The notes below the pieces were generated by a model. It was not told where the DNA came from, made no database searches, and was given only the letters and a program-made list of their open reading frames with translations. Shown piece after piece: positions 46,554 through 51,471 of a stretch of DNA of 51,471 bases. The translations under genes and the position numbers were made by a program. The stretch is from NCBI GenBank assembly GCA_031458695.1, contig JAVKJW010000016.1:1-51471 (forward strand). The letters are read 5' to 3'. Origin of the DNA: Candidatus Thermofontivivens primus (lineage in GTDB: Bacteria > Sysuimicrobiota > Sysuimicrobiia > Sysuimicrobiales > Thermofontiviventaceae). The first letter of the stretch is position 1. Each line of letters starts with the position of its first letter.

Positions 46554-46613
46554 CCAGGTTTCAGGTTTCCATGTGTCAGGAGGAAAACCTGCAACGTGTA
46601 ACCTGACAAGGTT
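46554..46613. repeat. Degenerate heptamer repeats in two inverted arms
   Basis: ccaggtt-tcaggtt-tccatgt-gtcagg ... aacctgc-aacgtgt-aacctga-caaggtt in the thiE-thiL spacer. Confidence 0.55.
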
Positions 46614-46652
46614 GTGGAAGAGACCCTCACCGCCCAATGTCGGGGGTTTGGT

Positions 46653-47294
46653 TCACTGGGCGCGTGCCGCCTGAATCGCCTCCAGAAGCCTCCGGGTCGA
46701 GTCTGCGATGTCTTCAGCGGCCACCACGGCTGAGATCACCGCCACCCCATTTGCCCCAGCCCGGATGACCTCGGCCACGTTCCCATGGTGGATCCCCCCG
46801 ATCGCGACCACCGGAATGGGAACGCGGGATGCGATCTCCACAAGCCGCTCGATGCCAATGGGGGGACCCGCATCGACCTTTGTGCCCGTGGCGAAGATGC
46901 TTCCCACCCCGAGGTAATCGGCACCCTGCTCCACGGCGAAAAGGGCCTCCTCAACTGTGGAGGCCGAGGCCCCGACGACTTTTCCTGGACCGATCAAGCG
47001 CTTGGCGATCGCGATGGGCATATCCTCGGTCCCTACATGGACCCCGTCCGCGTCAACAGCAAGAGCAACATCCACACGATCGTTGACGATCAGAGGAACT
47101 CCGTACCTCTTCGTGATCTCACGGAGGCGGCTGGCGATCTCTACCATCTCTCGCGTGGAAGCGTCCTTCTCTCGAAACTGAATCACCGTGGCCCCACCCC
47201 GGATCGCCGCTTCAGCCACTTCTTCATGGGACCGGCCACTCAGGCGTCGGTCGGTGATCACGTACAGTGTGAGATCCAACCGATGTGCTTGCAT
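46653..47294 (-). CDS. thiE: Thiamine-phosphate synthase
   Basis: LYVITD, QFREK, IVNDRVDVA, GVHVG.ED, GAS, T.TK, AIGGI, AVISA. ATG 47294. Confidence 0.96.
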   Translation of the reverse strand: MQAHRLDLTLYVITDRRLSGRSHEEVAEAAIRGGATVIQFREKDASTREMVEIASRLREITKRYGVPLIVNDRVDVALAVDADGVHVGTEDMPIAIAKRLIGPGKVVGASASTVEEALFAVEQGADYLGVGSIFATGTKVDAGPPIGIERLVEIASRVPIPVVAIGGIHHGNVAEVIRAGANGVAVISAVVAAEDIADSTRRLLEAIQAARAQ

Positions 47295-47295
47295 C

Positions 47296-48267
47296 TCAGC
47301 GCGGGACGAATGCATTGGTGAACAGTTCATCCACTGGGCTCTTTTTTGTGATGACCCCGTGCGCGAACAGGAAATCTTGGAACCTCTGCCACCGCTCTCG
47401 GCTCTGCACTTGGCTGCGGGCAAAGTATGGGAGGGTGGCGAAGAATGCCCGACGGTTGAGCTCATCGCGGAGCTTTGGATTTGCGACAAAGAATGTGTTC
47501 AGGGCCTCTTGAGGATTCTCCCGCGTCTGCGCGATCCCCCGGCTCAAAGCCCTGATGAACCGCTTGACCATCTCCGGCTGCTTCTGGATTGTCTGGTCGC
47601 TTGCGATCACCACAAGCTCGTAGTACTCCGGGACTCCATACTTCTCTACCTCAAACATCCCCACCTTCTTCCCCTTTAGCTCCAACTGGATGCGCTCGAA
47701 GTTCCTATAAGCCCCCACAACGGCGTCCACTTGCCGAGAGAGGAGGGCCGGGGTCAGGTTGAAGGCGATGTTGATGAGCTGGTAGTCCCCTTTTTGAAGG
47801 CCTCCGCTGGCCGCCACTGCGGAGAGGAGGGCCTCCTCGAACCCCGCCACGGAGTAGCCGATGCGCTTGCCCTTGAGGTCTGCAGGAGTGCGGATCCCAG
47901 AATCGGCCAGGAACATGATCGTGTTCAGGGGCTGCCCAATGAGGATCCCAACAGACTTGACCGGGAGCCCTTGGGAGCGAGCGATGGTAACCGTTGGCTG
48001 GTAGCTGATGGCGATGTCCACCTTCCCCGCCGCTACGAGCTTGAGAGGATCGTTGGGATCCGCAGGGATCTGAAGCCGGAGTCGAAGTCCTTCCTGGGAA
48101 AACAACCCCTTCTGGAGCGCGACGTACACAGGAACGTGATCAGGGTTGGGGAACCAGTCTAGCATGAATGTGACCGAGGTTGCCGCACCTGCGAACGTCC
48201 CCTGCCCCAAGAGGGACAAGGCCAGCCCCATCAGGATGACCCCTATAAGGAACGTTGTCCAACGCAT
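47296..48267 (-). CDS. ABC substrate-binding protein, NMT1/ThiY-like (HMP/FAMP precursor)
   Basis: Signal peptide, LDWFPNPDH, PLKLVAAG..D.AISYQP, GAYRNFE, YGVP.YYEL; in a TPP-controlled operon. Confidence 0.88.
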   Translation of the reverse strand: MRWTTFLIGVILMGLALSLLGQGTFAGAATSVTFMLDWFPNPDHVPVYVALQKGLFSQEGLRLRLQIPADPNDPLKLVAAGKVDIAISYQPTVTIARSQGLPVKSVGILIGQPLNTIMFLADSGIRTPADLKGKRIGYSVAGFEEALLSAVAASGGLQKGDYQLINIAFNLTPALLSRQVDAVVGAYRNFERIQLELKGKKVGMFEVEKYGVPEYYELVVIASDQTIQKQPEMVKRFIRALSRGIAQTRENPQEALNTFFVANPKLRDELNRRAFFATLPYFARSQVQSRERWQRFQDFLFAHGVITKKSPVDELFTNAFVPR

Positions 48268-48286
48268 GAGCTAACCTCCTTCCCCT

Positions 48287-49057
48287 CTATCTTGCCGCCC
48301 GCCTCCAGGGGAGGGCCAGCCACTCCACAAAGGAGGCAAAGGCGAACAGACCAATTGCCATGGCCGAGAGATAGACAATGGCCGCGAAGATGAGATCGAC
48401 GCGAAGCTGGGCATTGGCGTGGATCATCAAGAACCCCAGCCCGGCCTGGGATCCCACCCACTCCCCGATCACCGCCCCGATGGCGCTCACAGCCACGGCA
48501 ATCTTGATCCCCGAGAAGATAAATGGGAGCGCCCCGGGGATGCGCACCTTCCACAGGATCTGCCAGCGCGACGCCTTCAGGATCCGCAGGAGGTTTACCA
48601 CATCCTCGTCCACGGACCGGAGCCCATCCACAGTGTTTACCACGATGGGGAAGAAAACAATGAGGGTAGCCATGATCACCTTGGAGAGGAGCCCATAGCC
48701 GAACCAAACAATGAGGAGGGGTGCGATGGCAAAGACCGGGATCGTCTGGGAAGCCACAATGAGCGGGTAAAGGACGCGTTCCAGGACCGGGGAGTGGAAA
48801 ATGAGGAAGGCCAGGGAGATCCCTACAACCAACGCGAGGAGGATCCCAAGCCCCACCTCTTCCAGCGTAACCAACGTATCCCGCCACAGGAGGGCTCTCT
48901 CGGAGATCAGGACATAGGCGATCCGGCTCGGGGCGGGCAGGATGTAGGAAGGCATCTGGAAAAACCGCACCGCCCCTTCCCAGGCTAAGAGGAGCACCCC
49001 AAGCAACAACATCGATGGAACAACGGAGATCACCTTTCTAAACCATCTCGCGAGCAT
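48287..49057 (-). CDS. ABC permease, ThiX/SsuC-like
   Basis: ILPAPS, SQTIP.FAIAPLL..WFG, EAA-like ASRWQI..KV..P.ALP.IFSG, GAVIGEW, GLG. Confidence 0.9.
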   Translation of the reverse strand: MLARWFRKVISVVPSMLLLGVLLLAWEGAVRFFQMPSYILPAPSRIAYVLISERALLWRDTLVTLEEVGLGILLALVVGISLAFLIFHSPVLERVLYPLIVASQTIPVFAIAPLLIVWFGYGLLSKVIMATLIVFFPIVVNTVDGLRSVDEDVVNLLRILKASRWQILWKVRIPGALPFIFSGIKIAVAVSAIGAVIGEWVGSQAGLGFLMIHANAQLRVDLIFAAIVYLSAMAIGLFAFASFVEWLALPWRRAAR

Positions 49058-49817
49058 GGGCAAAGGCCTCCTTGATCTCGTCCTGGATGAGGGCGAGGAT
49101 CCTCCCCTTCAAAGCGACAAACGATGGATCGGTAACTTGCCTCGGCCGCGGGAGATCCACAGCGACCTCTTCCTTGACATGCGCCGGCCGGGAGGAGAGG
49201 ACGTAGATGCGGTCTGAGAGAAGGACTGCCTCCTCGATGTCGTGGGTGACAAAGAGCACTGTCCTGCGGAACTCTTCCCACATGCGCAGGATATACTGTT
49301 GCAGAACCATACGCGTCATTGCGTCCAGGGCCCCAAAGGGCTCGTCCAGGAGAAGAATCTCCTTGCCTGTGAGGACGGTTCTCACGAGCGCAACCCTCTG
49401 GCGCATCCCTCCGGAGAGCTGGCTCGGGTAGGCTCGTTCAAACCCCTGCAACCCTACCCGTGCGAGCAGATCCCTTGCTCGAACCCGCGCTTCCTCTCTG
49501 GGGATCCCCTGTACTTCAAGCCCGAGGATCGCGTTCTCCAGCACAGTGCGCCAGGGCAGCAGGAGATCCTTCTGCTGCATGTAGGCGACGTGCCCTCTCC
49601 CATCCGGGACAGGATTCCCATCAATCCATATCTCCCCTGCATCAGGGGAGAGGAGCCCGGCGATGATGTTGAACAGGGTGCTCTTCCCGCACCCACTCGG
49701 CCCTAGAATGGTCACGAACTCCCCCTCTCGAGCATAGAGGGTTACTCCATCCAGAACCCGCAAGTTTGCCCCGTTGTGAGGGAAACTCTTAACGATGTTT
49801 CGGACAGCGATCTTCAC
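49038..49817 (-). CDS. ABC ATP-binding protein, ThiZ/SsuB-like
   Basis: GPSGCGKST, Q.DLLLPW, LSGGMRQR, LLDEPFGALD, VTHD.EEA. GTG 49817 follows GGAGG. Confidence 0.92.
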   Translation of the reverse strand: MKIAVRNIVKSFPHNGANLRVLDGVTLYAREGEFVTILGPSGCGKSTLFNIIAGLLSPDAGEIWIDGNPVPDGRGHVAYMQQKDLLLPWRTVLENAILGLEVQGIPREEARVRARDLLARVGLQGFERAYPSQLSGGMRQRVALVRTVLTGKEILLLDEPFGALDAMTRMVLQQYILRMWEEFRRTVLFVTHDIEEAVLLSDRIYVLSSRPAHVKEEVAVDLPRPRQVTDPSFVALKGRILALIQDEIKEAFAHAREMV

Positions 49818-49843
49818 GGGAGAATCCTCCCTCTGGAAACTTG

Positions 49844-49876
49844 AAAGCCACCAATCCAGATTGGACTGGCGGCTTT
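49844..49876 (-). terminator. Expression-platform terminator hairpin of the TPP riboswitch
   Basis: AAAGCCGCCAGUCCA-AUC-UGGAUUGGUGGCUUU followed by CAAGUUU, between the aptamer and the RBS. Confidence 0.7.
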
Positions 49877-49885
49877 TCCCAAGCA

Positions 49886-50007
49886 CCACATTCCCCACGC
49901 CAGCATTATCTGGATCGGGTCCAAAGGGTCTGCGGCAATGTGCCTCGCATCGTTCGAGACACTTCCGGCCGCACTCTCAGCCCGGCTTCACCGAGCTCCC
50001 CCAGTGG
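49886..50007 (-). ncRNA. TPP (THI element) riboswitch aptamer
   Basis: CCAC-UGGGGGAGC...GGGCUGAGAG...GACCC-UUUGGACCCGAUCCAGAUAAUGCUGGCGUGGGGAA-U-GUGG, upstream of thiamine genes. Confidence 0.95.
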
Positions 50008-50029
50008 ATTCCTGTATGCAATTCTCCCT

Positions 50030-50094
50030 CTCCCGGGAAAGGTCTTTGCACTTTGCCGGGAGACCGCGAAACCCTGTGGAAAAGGTTTCGCGGT
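50030..50094. repeat. Two adjacent hairpins upstream of the TPP aptamer (the first is palindrome copy D)
   Basis: ctcccgggaaag...ctttgccgggag (50030-50062) and a perfect 11-bp stem accgcgaaacc/ggtttcgcggt (50063-50094). Confidence 0.6.
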
Positions 50095-50110
50095 GTGACC
50101 TCTAGCGCCT

Positions 50111-50139
50111 ATTATACTGCGCTGGCGGGAGTTCCACAA
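50111..50139 (-). promoter_or_regulatory. Promoter for the thiamine operon
   Basis: TTGTGG-N17-TATAAT, about 100 nt upstream of the aptamer. Confidence 0.55.
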
Positions 50140-50375
50140 GTACCCGCACGGACGGGCACGATGCGCCAATCAAGCGAAGTGCCTAGAAAATGTCCTTTCG
50201 CTCTTGCGCAGGGACATCCGGAAAATGTGGACCCGAGCGAAATCTTCCTAAAAAGGATTTCCCTAAGGCCTAGCGGTGAACTCACCGGCCAATCCTTCCT
50301 CTTGCACCGAACCCCGTGGTGAGGCACAATGAGAGCATAGATGAGACGTCCTTGGAGGAATCCGAATAAAGCAAG

Positions 50376-51471
50376 ATGACAGGTTTTCAACCCATTGTGC
50401 AATCCATGGCCATTTCCTTAGGAATCGGCCTCCTCATTGGACTGGAGCGCGAGTGGGCCCACAAGGATGTGGGGCTTCGCACGTTCGCCCTTGCTGCCCT
50501 TGCAGGGAACATTTCCTGGCTCATCAGCCCGATCGCGATGTACCTAGCACTTGGCGCGGCCATCCCGCTGATCGCGATTCTCAATATTCGCAGCATGATG
50601 CGAACCGGGTCTTTGGAGATGACAACCTCCATTGCCCTGCTGGTCACATTGCTCCTGGGCACCATGGTCGCCAAAGGCTATGCGCTTGCTGCCGTCGCCG
50701 CAGCGATTGTCATGACCATGCTCCTCGCCTGGAAGGCTGAGCTGGTGCGTTTTGCTGGAGCCCTCACGTTGGATGAACTGCGTTCCGTGGTGCTCTTCGG
50801 GATGCTGAGCTTCGTCATCTACCCGCTGTTGCCACAACGGTTGCCCGCCGAGGTTGACCCCCTGGAACTGATCAACCTCAAAGCCGCCTGGCTCGTGGTG
50901 GTTGTGCTTTCGGCCATCGGATTGGTCAACTACGTGCTGCTGCGCCTGTACGGCATCCGCGGGATCCGCTTCACCGGCATCCTGGGCGGGTTAGTCAACA
51001 GCACGGCCACCGTTGCGGAGCTGGCGCAAAAGAGCAACGGGCAGGGGGAAGGGTTCACGGCAGTAGCGCTCGAGGGAATGCTCCTTGCCAATGTCGCCAT
51101 GGTGCTCCGCAACGGGATCATTTTGGGTATTTTCGCCCCCTTCGCCCTCTACCACGGCTGGCTTCCCGTGGGTCTTATGTTGATCACAACGGTCCTCTTC
51201 ACCATTTGGATATCTCGACAGCACACCCAGGGCGTTACAGCAACGATCGAACTCGCCTTCCCCTTTTCCCTGCGCCATGGGTTGCTCTTTGGGCTGATCT
51301 ATCTGGCGATCAGCGTCGCCGCGGTGCTCGCCCGCCGGTATCTCGGGCCACCCGGTTTCTTCGTGGTGACGACCCTCGGTGGTTTGGTTAGCAGCGCATC
51401 TACCTCGGCCGCTGCTGCGGTCCTTGCCTCTCAGGGGAAACTGGCTCCCGAGACTGCAGGCCTCGGCGTAG
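50376..51471 (+). CDS. MgtC/SapB-family membrane protein with DUF4010-like C-terminal region (3' truncated by the window edge)
   Basis: AISLGIGLLIGLEREW...GLRTFAL, MTT..AL, VIYPLLP, W.VVV..S.IG.VNY, GGLVNSTAT, GGLVSSAS; reading frame open to the window end. Start is ATG 50376 or 50406. Confidence 0.85.
   Translation, partial: MTGFQPIVQSMAISLGIGLLIGLEREWAHKDVGLRTFALAALAGNISWLISPIAMYLALGAAIPLIAILNIRSMMRTGSLEMTTSIALLVTLLLGTMVAKGYALAAVAAAIVMTMLLAWKAELVRFAGALTLDELRSVVLFGMLSFVIYPLLPQRLPAEVDPLELINLKAAWLVVVVLSAIGLVNYVLLRLYGIRGIRFTGILGGLVNSTATVAELAQKSNGQGEGFTAVALEGMLLANVAMVLRNGIILGIFAPFALYHGWLPVGLMLITTVLFTIWISRQHTQGVTATIELAFPFSLRHGLLFGLIYLAISVAAVLARRYLGPPGFFVVTTLGGLVSSASTSAAAAVLASQGKLAPETAGLGV

Noticed and set aside
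50030..50100. yybP-ykoY or SAM-IV riboswitch (AAGACCUUU, GGUCA...GGCAA...GUGC...GACC echoes)
   Set aside because: The 5' AAGGGGAGUAG of yybP and the P3 stem of the SAM clan are missing; kept only as an unidentified structure.
50230..50290. Moco riboswitch-like CCGAGC...CCUAA
   Set aside because: The rest of the consensus is absent, and the segment lies upstream of the predicted promoter.
1..51471. CRISPR array, rRNA, or selenocysteine/pyrrolysine read-through
   Set aside because: No regularly spaced repeats or rRNA sequence seen, and no recognised gene other than the IS fragment is interrupted by an in-frame stop.

Overview
A GC-rich bacterial chromosomal window that is mostly housekeeping. 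A long minus-strand block follows the gene order typical of Bacillota and related Terrabacteria: TPP riboswitch-thiZXY-like ABC-thiE-thiL-hslO, divergent rpmB, recG-rsmD-coaD-yceD-rpmF-fabH-fabD-fabG-acpP-fabF-rnc ... smc-ftsY-ylxM-ffh-rpsP-khpA-ylqD-rimM-trmD-rplS-lepB-rnhB-yraN. The taxon cannot be fixed from sequence alone; an Armatimonadota/CSP1-3-like lineage is only my impression. About 14 kb of extra genes separate rnc from smc: a HIT hydrolase, a CBS-GGDEF protein with an extra C-terminal domain, a PerR-like and a DtxR-like regulator, cydABDC, a radical SAM/HhH gene with an SOS-box promoter, tRNA-Pro, DinB, DUF402, a BldC-like HTH protein and a GT4. The left end holds a frameshifted IS256 remnant, tRNA-His and a ccmG-ccmF-MscS-ABC-2 cluster; the right end holds a truncated MgtC-family gene. 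No CRISPR array, rRNA or prophage was seen. The best leads are: (1) the HIT plus CBS-GGDEF-LeuA-like pair as a possible Ap4A/c-di-GMP module; (2) a ~30-bp palindromic motif repeated in several intergenic spacers; (3) three GAAC-N4-GTTC-type boxes and a radical SAM protein with an unusual Cys-rich tail; (4) an extra structured segment upstream of the TPP aptamer. All assignments come from motif recognition by eye; no searches were run.
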